From assembly GCA_938075155.1 (NCBI GenBank), contig CALJGL010000011.1, forward strand, positions 78,992-142,991: a DNA stretch of 64,000 nt, read 5' to 3'. Position numbers and translations under genes: made by a program. This document shows positions 20,053 through 29,533 of this stretch, one piece after another (within the stretch, counting starts at the first letter, position 1; every line of letters begins with the position of its first letter). Under the pieces are notes generated by a model. The model had not been told where the DNA came from, searched no databases, and saw only the letters and a list, made by a program, of their open reading frames with translations. Source of the DNA: an uncultured bacterium. Lineage in GTDB: Bacteria; Planctomycetota; UBA8108; UBA1146.

Positions 20053-22530
20053 GTGCCAAAGTTTTTTGGACTCAGTCTAGTAGTTTTGTGCTTGGTAACC
20101 TCGGTTGCGATTGCTCAAAACCCGGACGTTATAGTTGGAGATTTGCCTGATACCAACTCGTATGGAACGAGTGCTGGAACAGGTATTTACGCCTACTCCA
20201 TCGCGACAACCTCATGCAATATCGGGTCGGCGAATCTGGACTGGATCGCAAGTAGCAATCAGCATCCAGTGATCGCTCAGGATATGTTCCGTCTCCATGA
20301 TGGTCGCTTTGTTCAAATCGGATCCTCTTGGCTCAAGCATGGATTCTGTGCTCTCCAAAACACCGGGCTTTGCACCGGTTGTGGCGGCGGCGGAGGTTGT
20401 CTTTCTTTCTTGACTCCGGGTTGTGCCGATCCATACTCCGCAGGCCTCAATGGAAGCCAATCAAATCTTGGACCTCGTTCACAGGTCAATGCCTTCACAG
20501 GCTTCTTCCCATTCCCTTACGCTGCTCCTCCATGCCCTCCTAGTGAAAGCACCATCTGCCGCCGCTTGCAGGTGCACGAAGACGACATCACGACAGCTCT
20601 CCACCCGGGAGCTCTCTTCTTTGTCAGTGGTCAGTACGTAGCACTCGATGACTCGATCGCGGGGAACCAAGCCAACAACGCTTCATACCGTAGAGTCAAT
20701 GTCGGCCAGACTGGTACCCGAGCATTGAGCTTCGTGGGTGGAACAGAAATGATGTCCCCTCCGATTCAGGCATGGCAAGATTTCCAGCCTTCCGTCAATT
20801 TGGTGGATATTCAGATTGCGAATGAAGGTCTCTTCATTGCTGGATACGACGTCATTGATAATGGAAACGGCACATGGAACTACGAGTACGCAGTCTACAA
20901 CATGTACTCCGATCGTTCTGCCGACAGTTTCTTTGTTCCGGTTCCTGCCGGTGCAACTTTGTCCAATGTCGGATTCCATGACGTCACTTGGCATAGTGGA
21001 GAACCCTTCTCCGACGTGGACTGGACCGTGACTCAGCAGTCGGGCGTAGGAATCACTTGGAGCACCGACAGTTTTGCAACTGATCCGAACGCCAATGCGC
21101 TTCGCTGGTCAATGTTGTTCAACTTCCACTTCACATGTGACGCTCCACCCGCAGACAACACTGCCAGCTTAGGCTTGTTTAAGCCCGGCAACGTTGGCGA
21201 TCCAGACGAGATGGGCTTCACTGTCTCTGCACCTTCCGGAAACTTCATTCCAGGAGTTCAAAACTTGGCCTGTGATTCCGGCAGCATGGCTTCTCCTCTG
21301 GTTAACTTGAGCTGGAGTAACGGAGATACCTACGACAACATTCTTGTTTCTCGTGGAGGAACACAGATTGCAAGTCTTGCCGGTTCTTCGACTTCATACA
21401 CTGATTCTGCAGCTGTGTTCGGGAACACCACCTACACCGTTCAGGGAGTTCAGGGAAGTGTCAACACCGCGCAGGTCACTTGCGACAGCGCGATTACACC
21501 TTTGGGACAAAGTGGATTCACCTGCGCCCAAGCTGATCCTGATTTCAGCGACGTGACTCTGAACTGGACCAATGGGATGATGTACGACGAGATTCGTATT
21601 CAGCGCAATGGATCAGAAATCGGCGTCTTGGGAGGAGCGACCACAAGTTACTCCGACACAGGTGCAACATTGGGTCCTCAGGCTTACACAGTTGAAGCCA
21701 TCGTGGGTGGCATATCCGCTGGAATTTCTGAGTGCAACGTGACAGTTCTTGCACCTCCACCGCTGGGTTACACCGTCACGGCAAATGATGCCAGCGGTTC
21801 ATACGACTCCGCCTCAGGTTCCGGAACCGCCACAATGATTCTTTCTGGTATTGAATCTTCAGCGAACACAGGCTATCCCAACTCAGTAACGGGCTTCTCT
21901 TTGGGCCTCAGTTTCGATGCGAATCTTTTGATCGCCACAGGAACCGACCCCAGTGTCATTGGTATTCCGGTCGATTTCTTCGACGGTCAACAAGCCCCCG
22001 GAGTTGTTACCGTGGGTTGCGTGGTCAGCTTCCTCGGAACCGCCACGCTTCAGTTGGACAACGAGATGAACCTCGCCGCCATTGAATTCGACACGAACCC
22101 TGGTGGATTCACAGGCAGCACAGGGCCAGTCTCCACAGACGTTTCCTTCCAAAATGGGGTGAATGCCGGATCTCTTCCGGTTGATAACCTGATCGTGGTT
22201 GGAAGTGCTCCTATGCCTCCAACATTCGTGCATGGAGTCGTCACACTGGACTCTTCTGGGATTGTCTTCGTAAGAGGAGACGTCAATTCCGATAGTGCCA
22301 TCAACATTGCGGATGCGGTTGCCGCATTGAACTACCTGTTCAACGGTGGATCCGTCTCCTGTATTGACTCTGTCGATAGTAATGACGACGGAAGCGCCAA
22401 TGTCGCAGACGGTGTGTTCTTGCTCGGATTCCTCTTCAGTGGAGGACCAGCACCCACTGCTCCCATCACTTGTGGAGCAGACCCGACTGCGGATAGCCTT
22501 GACTGTCTGTCATTCAGTGCTTGTCCCTGA
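20053..22530 (+). CDS. Secreted multidomain protein: Cys-rich N-domain, two FN3/Ig-like repeats, cohesin-like domain, dockerin-like C-terminus
   Basis: Signal peptide ending AIA|QN. Two repeats of V.L.W.NG..YD.I...R.G..I..L.G..TSY.D. C-terminal RGDVNSDSAINIADAV...DSNDDGSANVADGV duplicated Ca-binding loops. Confidence 0.85.
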   Translation: MPKFFGLSLVVLCLVTSVAIAQNPDVIVGDLPDTNSYGTSAGTGIYAYSIATTSCNIGSANLDWIASSNQHPVIAQDMFRLHDGRFVQIGSSWLKHGFCALQNTGLCTGCGGGGGCLSFLTPGCADPYSAGLNGSQSNLGPRSQVNAFTGFFPFPYAAPPCPPSESTICRRLQVHEDDITTALHPGALFFVSGQYVALDDSIAGNQANNASYRRVNVGQTGTRALSFVGGTEMMSPPIQAWQDFQPSVNLVDIQIANEGLFIAGYDVIDNGNGTWNYEYAVYNMYSDRSADSFFVPVPAGATLSNVGFHDVTWHSGEPFSDVDWTVTQQSGVGITWSTDSFATDPNANALRWSMLFNFHFTCDAPPADNTASLGLFKPGNVGDPDEMGFTVSAPSGNFIPGVQNLACDSGSMASPLVNLSWSNGDTYDNILVSRGGTQIASLAGSSTSYTDSAAVFGNTTYTVQGVQGSVNTAQVTCDSAITPLGQSGFTCAQADPDFSDVTLNWTNGMMYDEIRIQRNGSEIGVLGGATTSYSDTGATLGPQAYTVEAIVGGISAGISECNVTVLAPPPLGYTVTANDASGSYDSASGSGTATMILSGIESSANTGYPNSVTGFSLGLSFDANLLIATGTDPSVIGIPVDFFDGQQAPGVVTVGCVVSFLGTATLQLDNEMNLAAIEFDTNPGGFTGSTGPVSTDVSFQNGVNAGSLPVDNLIVVGSAPMPPTFVHGVVTLDSSGIVFVRGDVNSDSAINIADAVAALNYLFNGGSVSCIDSVDSNDDGSANVADGVFLLGFLFSGGPAPTAPITCGADPTADSLDCLSFSACP

Positions 22531-22552
22531 TACTTCTTGATCAAAGTATCTT

Positions 22553-22591
22553 CGGGGCGTGCGGGAATATCCCGCACGCCCCGTTTTTTTT
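22553..22591 (+). terminator. Intrinsic terminator
   Basis: Perfect 14-bp stem CGGGGCGTGCGGGA-ATA-TCCCGCACGCCCCG followed by T8, 22 nt after the stop of 20053-22530. Confidence 0.9.
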
Positions 22592-22699
22592 GACAAAAAA
22601 AATGGTGATCCTGCGGACGAAAAGTACCCAGAGATGAGATGGCGGACTTTGCCGACTTCATTCATGGCTGAAGGGTCTGATCACCGGGTGGACAAACAA

Positions 22700-24127
22700 C
22701 TAAACTTCAGTGTCGAGCCAACGACGACGAAGAACAATCCACACACACAAACCGGATCGAACGACCCAGTCGAGAACTGTCGCGATCCATACCCCTTGTA
22801 ATCCCATTGCTGGAACTCCTAGCCCTCCATAGGCCAGCCACCATGCGAATGGAACCCGGAATCCCCATGACCCCAGAGCAGTAATCCACATCACTGGAAT
22901 ATTTGCTCCGGCTCCTCGCAGGCTTCCGGTCAAGGTTTCTGTCAGCATCAAGAATGGAACCTCGCATGCACCGATCAATAAACACATCGCAGCAAGCTGA
23001 CCCGTCTCATTTCTCAGTTCAAAAAACCCCACCAGATCTCCTGGGAAAAAGAACAATAAGAAAATGACAGGAGTAATGCATATTTGCGCCAGAAGACTAC
23101 TTCTCCATGCACTCCGGAGAGCCGCCTTCTTTTGTCCGCAACCCAGTAATCGACCTGAAACACTGGCAGCTGCCGCTTGAAATCCGTGTGCCGGCAAAAA
23201 GGCCAGTGACTGAATGGCAATGGCAGCCCGATGAGCAGCCATCGACATGGCGTCCAATTGGAATATGGCAAACTGATATACGACAAATCCGGAGTGGAAC
23301 AGAACAGCCGCACCCAATGCCGGAATACTCAACTTAATGATCTGACGAGCTTGACCTCGATGAAATGAGAGTGCACCCGGTGTTCGCAGACTCAATCGCT
23401 GACCACGCCTGTAGAACAATACACCAAGAATAAGGACCACTTCTACGAGAGGAGCCAGGCCTGTCGCTAATCCAACGCCTTCGATTCCCATTTTCGGGAA
23501 TCCCCACAAACCATAAAGGAAGATCGCATTTCCCAGAATATTCACGAGGTTACTGACCACCCCACCCATGACAGGTAGCAATGATTCTCCAGCACCTCGG
23601 GTTGTCGATTCCAGAGTGACCGCAATCGCACGAAGAGGAAAGAGAAGAAGGAACCAAGTCAAATACCCGCTCGACTCCGATAGAATTAGAGATCGAGATT
23701 CGCTGTCTTCCACACCCAGTTGGGAGCCTAACCAAGAGAGCCCTATATCCCTGCCGGCAATGCAGAGAAGCGAAACAATCGACCCTAATCCCAATGCCAA
23801 GACAATCGAAGAATACATACCCTGACTTGCCAAGAGTGGCTGACCTTCGCCACTGCGTCGAGCGACCACAGCACCGGCACCTATCGCTGTTACGGTAAAT
23901 ATCGTCGTCAGAGACCAACACAATGGCGAAACCAAATTGAGCGAAGCGAGGGACTCGTCTCCCCCCCCTAAAGCATCCGAAACCATGCGGGTATCCACAA
24001 GAAATTGGAGTGTATGAAGTAAGTATTGAAGGATTGCAGGAATGGCAAGACGAAGGATCTCTTTGTCCATCGCCCATCCCTGTAACCCTGTTCTCAGATC
24101 TTCACCCGGAAGCGGTCTCGAACTCAT
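22700..24127 (-). CDS. MATE-family efflux transporter
   Basis: ILRLAIPA, VDTRMV, MGIEGVGLAT, LRGAG, GLQGVW; about 12 TM helices. Confidence 0.9.
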   Translation of the reverse strand: MSSRPLPGEDLRTGLQGWAMDKEILRLAIPAILQYLLHTLQFLVDTRMVSDALGGGDESLASLNLVSPLCWSLTTIFTVTAIGAGAVVARRSGEGQPLLASQGMYSSIVLALGLGSIVSLLCIAGRDIGLSWLGSQLGVEDSESRSLILSESSGYLTWFLLLFPLRAIAVTLESTTRGAGESLLPVMGGVVSNLVNILGNAIFLYGLWGFPKMGIEGVGLATGLAPLVEVVLILGVLFYRRGQRLSLRTPGALSFHRGQARQIIKLSIPALGAAVLFHSGFVVYQFAIFQLDAMSMAAHRAAIAIQSLAFLPAHGFQAAAASVSGRLLGCGQKKAALRSAWRSSLLAQICITPVIFLLFFFPGDLVGFFELRNETGQLAAMCLLIGACEVPFLMLTETLTGSLRGAGANIPVMWITALGSWGFRVPFAWWLAYGGLGVPAMGLQGVWIATVLDWVVRSGLCVWIVLRRRWLDTEV

Positions 24128-25209
24128 GAATCCCGTTCTAGGTTTTCCAACACTCGTCGAACCCGACTCGATTCGACAGTGTCTACGATGACATTCCCAG
24201 GATTGACGGGGAGAACCCAGCGGAGTTGACCCCCTCTGGTTTTTTTATCGGAATGCAACGCCTTCAGCACTTGATCGATATCGAGCGGCCCCATATTCGT
24301 CGGAAGCCCCACCTTCTGAAGGAGCTGAATCAGTCGGGGAACATGCTCGTCACTTCCCACTCCACACTCCTTGGCAAGCCTTGCCGAGAACACCATTCCT
24401 ATAGAAACGGCAGAACCATGAGGTAGAAAAGATCCATTCCTGATCGCTTCCATCTCAAGTGCATGGGCCAAAGTATGACCCAAATTGAGAATCTCTCTGC
24501 GTCCGGATTCATGCAAATCTTCATTCACAATCGAAACTTTTACAGACATCGCTGATCGCAACACTTCAGGGCTCGGGATCAGATCCTCAGAGATCGCATC
24601 GGCATCATTCTCTAATTGGTGTAGAAGCGGAGTGTCACTCAGCCATGCAGCCTTGATCAATTCTGCCCAACCCTGCCTTCGCTCTTCCAGAGGAAGAGTC
24701 GCCAGGAGGGAACGATCCACAATCACTTGTTCAGGAAGATGGAACGATCCTATTCGATTTTTGACACCCCCCTGATGCACTGCGGTCTTGCCGCCAATGT
24801 GTGCATCGACCATCGCTAACAAAGTTGTGGGAATAGCCAACCATGGTGTACCACGATGCCAAACTGAGGCGGCAAACCCTACCGCATCTCCCAGACTGCC
24901 ACCTCCCATGACAACGACTCGACCAGCCCGATCTAGTGACGCTTGGCCCATCACCTCAATGATGTTCTGCCACCCTTTCGGGTCTTTTAATCCTTCTCCA
25001 CCTTGCAAGTTCTCCATTTTGAAAGGAATCCCCCGCTCTTCGCAGGTCGCTTGTAGAGGAGTGGAGCAATGCTCAGGGATTTTATTATCCCTAAAAACCA
25101 GAACAGAAGTCACACCATTGGGTAACCAAAGATCGAAGTCATGAAGAGACTGCATGTGAATCTTGCAGTCACCTGTTGAGGATTGGATCAATAGTGGATT
25201 CAAACTCAT
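24124..25209 (-). CDS. aroB: 3-dehydroquinate synthase
   Basis: GGGSLGD.VGF, IPTTLLAMVD..IGGKTA, LNLGHTLAHALE, HGSAV, DKK. Confidence 0.93.
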   Translation of the reverse strand: MSLNPLLIQSSTGDCKIHMQSLHDFDLWLPNGVTSVLVFRDNKIPEHCSTPLQATCEERGIPFKMENLQGGEGLKDPKGWQNIIEVMGQASLDRAGRVVVMGGGSLGDAVGFAASVWHRGTPWLAIPTTLLAMVDAHIGGKTAVHQGGVKNRIGSFHLPEQVIVDRSLLATLPLEERRQGWAELIKAAWLSDTPLLHQLENDADAISEDLIPSPEVLRSAMSVKVSIVNEDLHESGRREILNLGHTLAHALEMEAIRNGSFLPHGSAVSIGMVFSARLAKECGVGSDEHVPRLIQLLQKVGLPTNMGPLDIDQVLKALHSDKKTRGGQLRWVLPVNPGNVIVDTVESSRVRRVLENLERDS

Positions 25210-26243
25210 TTATCATCTTCCCTATGGGGTGCATGACCACGTGGATCCTTTTCCTCGGATCCTCCACTCTCAGAGGACGTTAACCCAGATTCTTCACTCT
25301 CCGTTGAATCCTTATGATCAGAAGGGCGACTCCCATCCTTTCGAGGATTCGATTTTTTTCGGAGAGGTCTTCGTGCGATGGATCGGGAGTAAAAAATAGC
25401 TCCCATAATCAGAGTGAAGCCTCCGATGGCAGAAAGAATCCAGAATGAGTTCTGCGACCACTTCGAGCGCTGAGAAAAAGGGTTCTCATAAGGATCCAAC
25501 CTTCCACATACCCACTCGGGAACCATTCCAAATCGTCCCTTCGTATCTTCGTATGTGTAAAGCCTAAAAAAGTCTCCTGTGACAAGCACGTCTGTTCCTC
25601 TAGGTAGATTTCGGGGCTTGGAGATAAAGTTAACTCTGTGTAATCGACCAGACCTATCCGATCCAAAAGCTTCCCAAACTCGAGTGAGATTAGACTTATT
25701 TGGGGGCAACAATCTCACTCGGGGATTCTCAATCAAGGAGATGACGAACAAAAACCTTTGCCCTCTTAACTCTTTAGATCTCTCCGCAAGCTCTGGGACC
25801 GCCGGGGGTTCAGTGATTTCAGAGGGTGCCCAATCACTTCTCCACCGGTGAAGCAGATAGTAAAGCCCCGCCATTTCGTCAGGCCCTTCGAGAAGAGCCT
25901 CTCCATCACGGACAAGGTCCAGCAATGCAGGATTCTCCCGGAATGGCTCTGGACTCGCGGGTTCGCTAATCTCTGGCAGTGATACAGGAGCAGGAGCCTC
26001 ACCTTGAGAATTGCTCAGGTTATCCGGAACGACATCCGCTGAAGGGACCGAAGAGCCCTGAATCACTTCCGCAGGATACACAGGGGTCGTGGCTGAATCG
26101 GTATCTGTTTTTTGGGCGGACCAAACTGTCAATACGAGTGCGATCAACAGCACGATAGAACCGAGAATACGAAATCTCTCCCTATTGGAGAGACCTACCC
26201 TCTCGGGGCGATATTTTTTGGGGCCAAAGTAAACCATGCCCAT
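25206..26243 (-). CDS. Hypothetical membrane protein (two TM helices flanking a soluble domain)
   Basis: 345-aa ORF; stop overlaps the aroB ORF start; hydrophobic helices near aa 25-42 and 268-286. Confidence 0.7.
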   Translation of the reverse strand: MGMVYFGPKKYRPERVGLSNRERFRILGSIVLLIALVLTVWSAQKTDTDSATTPVYPAEVIQGSSVPSADVVPDNLSNSQGEAPAPVSLPEISEPASPEPFRENPALLDLVRDGEALLEGPDEMAGLYYLLHRWRSDWAPSEITEPPAVPELAERSKELRGQRFLFVISLIENPRVRLLPPNKSNLTRVWEAFGSDRSGRLHRVNFISKPRNLPRGTDVLVTGDFFRLYTYEDTKGRFGMVPEWVCGRLDPYENPFSQRSKWSQNSFWILSAIGGFTLIMGAIFYSRSIARRPLRKKSNPRKDGSRPSDHKDSTESEESGLTSSESGGSEEKDPRGHAPHREDDK

Positions 26244-26263
26244 AGCATAACAGGCAATCTTGC

Positions 26264-27397
26264 TCAGGTCAGCGAAACACCACTTCCCGGTATCCTTTCG
26301 AGAATAGACCTTGCGGCCTTTTCACTGGCACCTGGGTGAAATTTTTCCTTCCTCAATTCGACCAGTCTTGCGACCTGCTCACTCGCCGCCTGATCGTCTA
26401 AAAGAGGTCTCGCTAAACGGGCCACTGCAGCGCCATCTCCAGGCTCAATCAATCGCTCAGGCACGACCGCTTCACCCGCAAATAAATTGACCAGCGAAAA
26501 GAATGGAGCAACACCCATCAAAGAATACATCGACCTCTGTAATTCATTCGCCGGATACGCCACCACCATAGGGACACCATGCCATGCGGTCTCCAGAGTG
26601 GCTGTTCCAGAGCACACGATAGCCAGGCGAGCCCTCGCCTGAAGAGCACGAGATTCTCCGACGTAAACATGAATGTCAGAATCTCCGGCTCTGATCTCAT
26701 CGATCAATGGCCGCAATTCTTCCCTCTGGCAAGAGACCCATATTTCAAGGTCAGGACGATCTTGTTTCAATTCACGTGCTGCGCTTATCAAAGCAGGTAA
26801 TCCATTTTGAAGTTCTTGTCTGCGACTCCCTGGCAAAAGAGCCAAAATAGGTGCGTCACCGTCACGAGGAATCTCCGCCATCTCTCCGGCATCGGAAAGA
26901 TGGTCAAACACAGGATTTCCAACATGACGGACATCCGGGTGGAAGGGCGCATAAAGTTGCTCTTCAAAAGGAATGACCACCAACAATTGATCCGCACACC
27001 TTGCGATACGCTTAATACGCCAAGGAGCCCACGCCCAGACTTGGGGGCAAATGTAGTAGGTGACCGGAATCCCCATACGCCGAGCGATCGCCGCCAAATT
27101 TCCATGAAGACCCGGATAGTCGATGACCACGAGGTGATCAGGGGGAGAACTGAGCAACTCCTCCACGAATCTTGCAGAATGATCGAGGATAGAACCCATT
27201 TGAGCGATCACGGGCAACCAGCCCATCACTGCTTTGTCGGTTCTGTCAGCCCTTAAAGTCGCTCCCGACTTTGCAAGATGATGCCCCCCGATCGCGTCGA
27301 CTTGGAGATCTGGACTGAGTTTCAGGCACTCCTTAACGAGCCGTGCCCCATGAAGATCGCCAGAAGGTTCTCCCGCACAAACAAGAATCCTAGGCAC
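26264..27397 (-). CDS. lpxB: Lipid-A-disaccharide synthase
   Basis: AGEPSGDLHG, IDYPG, YYICPQVWAW, PFE, VGNP, LLPGSRRQE, SGTATLE. GTG start at 27397. Confidence 0.95.
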   Translation of the reverse strand: MPRILVCAGEPSGDLHGARLVKECLKLSPDLQVDAIGGHHLAKSGATLRADRTDKAVMGWLPVIAQMGSILDHSARFVEELLSSPPDHLVVIDYPGLHGNLAAIARRMGIPVTYYICPQVWAWAPWRIKRIARCADQLLVVIPFEEQLYAPFHPDVRHVGNPVFDHLSDAGEMAEIPRDGDAPILALLPGSRRQELQNGLPALISAARELKQDRPDLEIWVSCQREELRPLIDEIRAGDSDIHVYVGESRALQARARLAIVCSGTATLETAWHGVPMVVAYPANELQRSMYSLMGVAPFFSLVNLFAGEAVVPERLIEPGDGAAVARLARPLLDDQAASEQVARLVELRKEKFHPGASEKAARSILERIPGSGVSLT

Positions 27398-28106
27398 TGT
27401 CCAATTCCAATCGCGAGCGAACCTGCTCAATAAAACGATTCAGAATAAAATGCCCCAACGGTTCTTCTCGATTCAATTCCGGATGCCACTGAATACCAAT
27501 GATGCGTTCCGCTGAATCGCAACAGGCTTCAATGATTCCATCTGAGGTACTGGCCAAAATTCTCCAGTCTGTCGGCAACGTTGCAACAGATTGATGATGA
27601 CTGGAATTCACTTCAAAGCTTCCAGGGGGTAATCCTCCCCCATGAAATCCCTGCCATTGAACAATATGACTGGGCAAATCACCTTTTCCCATTCTTCGAT
27701 GCTGAATCGGATCTTTGACGTCACTTTCGATATCTCCATAAATGGTTCCACCTGCTGCCAAGCAGAGCGCTTGCAATCCACCGCATACTCCAAGGACTGG
27801 AAGGTCGCTCTTTATCAGCCACCTCGCCCAATTTAAATCGGTTTCTTCCCTCCTGGGATGCACTTCAAGATACCGATCGGGGATTTCTCCAGAAGCGGGA
27901 AGAGAACATTTGTAGTCATCTCCGCCGATGAGAAAAAAGCCATCCAGACCGGAAGCCACTTCTTGAGGGAGCACTCCGGGAGGAAAGATCACGGGGATCC
28001 CTCCATGCTGGATGATCAGGTCACTATAGAGGATGTTCATTCGAGTCACGGTACGACCCGAATCCTCCACGAAGACGTCGGTGTTGAATCCGATTTTTGG
28101 TTTCAT
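27390..28106 (-). CDS. Class I glutamine amidotransferase, gamma-glutamyl hydrolase (peptidase C26/PuuD-like)
   Basis: PVLGVCGGLQ nucleophile elbow, VNSSHHQ, GIQWHPE. Confidence 0.88.
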   Translation of the reverse strand: MKPKIGFNTDVFVEDSGRTVTRMNILYSDLIIQHGGIPVIFPPGVLPQEVASGLDGFFLIGGDDYKCSLPASGEIPDRYLEVHPRREETDLNWARWLIKSDLPVLGVCGGLQALCLAAGGTIYGDIESDVKDPIQHRRMGKGDLPSHIVQWQGFHGGGLPPGSFEVNSSHHQSVATLPTDWRILASTSDGIIEACCDSAERIIGIQWHPELNREEPLGHFILNRFIEQVRSRLELDSA

Positions 28107-28186
28107 GACTTCTCCCTGGAAATCCTCTTCGAATTGCTGATATCCAGATGCTGTGACATGGACAGACCTTCGTCAATGCCGCATCG

Positions 28187-29533
28187 TTGATGTGGCGAAG
28201 AAAGACTGGAGAAAGAACCCCGATGATCGATATTCCTCCACCACCCGAGAATCCCCACGAATTGGAATCCTGGCTGGCTTCCTTTACGAACTGGGAGAAA
28301 CAACTCCCTTTGGGTAAGGAAAAGCGAGAACTGGGGCCGACACGCTGTCGTCTGTTGCTGGATCGAGCGCAACTGGACACCCGGGGAACTCGTGTGATTC
28401 AGATTGCAGGGTCCAAAGGAAAAGGCTCGACCGTACTCTGGCTCGAAACACTGCTTTCTGAAAGAGGGCTCAGTGTAGGTGCCACGACTTCGCCACATCT
28501 CCATTCTTTGGAAGAACGCATCCGAATCCAGCAACAACCCATCCCCTTTCAACGCCTTCTCAAGGCACTGAAAACTCTCTATCCAGCCCTGCTTGCTGGA
28601 CAAAGCCTAGGAGATCCAACTCCTACATTTTTCGATCTCTGGACAGTTTTATTCATCCAACTGGCACTCGAAGAAAAATGTGAAGTCATATTGCTGGAAG
28701 TAGGTCTGGGAGGTCCTCTCGATTCAACGACGGCCATCCCCCACGACGTGGGAGTTTTAACGACCGTAGATCTGGAACACCGTGACTTATTGGGAGACAC
28801 GATCGAAGAAATCGCCGCGGAAAAATCAAAAATCTCCCGCTCTGGCTTCCCCTTTGTCATATCGCACGGGCAACATCAAAAGATCGCCCTCGAAACAGCC
28901 AAAGAAAGACGAGCCCTACCGATTTTGGCGAAGCTGGATTCTCGAATCCCTGACTCGGTCCCCACACACCAAAAAATAAATGCTTCAGCGGCATTGGCCG
29001 CTCTCGAAGTAGGAGACATTTATCAAGCCTGGTCGAAGGAAGAAGTACAGCAGGCTTGGGATCTTTTGGAGCTACCTGGAAGACTTGAAATCATTCCCGG
29101 AGATCCACCTCTCCTGCTCGATGGTGCCCATACTCCCGCTTCCATGGCTGCATTTTCTGAAGCCTTTCAGAAGCACAGGAAATCGGGTGATAAAGGAGCC
29201 AGTGCCAAAGGAGCTATCGTCCTCGGAATGCTCTCCGACAAAGAACCCCTATTGACGCTCCAACACCTCTTAGACCTCGAACCTTTTCCAGATATCTGCA
29301 CACTCACAGTCCCGACAAAACGAGGTCTCAGCGCTGAGGAACTCGCAGAAGTGCTGAAATCCATGCTCAATAACCAAATCGCACATCATTCCATCCACAT
29401 CGCGAAAGACCCCGAATCTGCGCAGGAATGGTTAATTAAAAAAGCCGCAATCGGCGAACCGATTGCGGCCACAGGTTCTATGTACTTAGCCGGACTCGTC
29501 AGAAACTCTTGGCTCGACAGAAATCAAGCTTAA
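28187..29533 (+). CDS. folC: Folylpolyglutamate/dihydrofolate synthase
   Basis: IAGSKGKGST, TSPHL...ERIRI, EVGLGG.LDST, LPGRLE, LDGAHT, TGSMYL. Confidence 0.9.
   Translation: MMWRRKTGERTPMIDIPPPPENPHELESWLASFTNWEKQLPLGKEKRELGPTRCRLLLDRAQLDTRGTRVIQIAGSKGKGSTVLWLETLLSERGLSVGATTSPHLHSLEERIRIQQQPIPFQRLLKALKTLYPALLAGQSLGDPTPTFFDLWTVLFIQLALEEKCEVILLEVGLGGPLDSTTAIPHDVGVLTTVDLEHRDLLGDTIEEIAAEKSKISRSGFPFVISHGQHQKIALETAKERRALPILAKLDSRIPDSVPTHQKINASAALAALEVGDIYQAWSKEEVQQAWDLLELPGRLEIIPGDPPLLLDGAHTPASMAAFSEAFQKHRKSGDKGASAKGAIVLGMLSDKEPLLTLQHLLDLEPFPDICTLTVPTKRGLSAEELAEVLKSMLNNQIAHHSIHIAKDPESAQEWLIKKAAIGEPIAATGSMYLAGLVRNSWLDRNQA

Noticed and set aside
28103-28603. 166-aa minus-strand ORF abutting the amidotransferase gene
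   Set aside because: Mostly overlaps folC antisense; no recognisable family.
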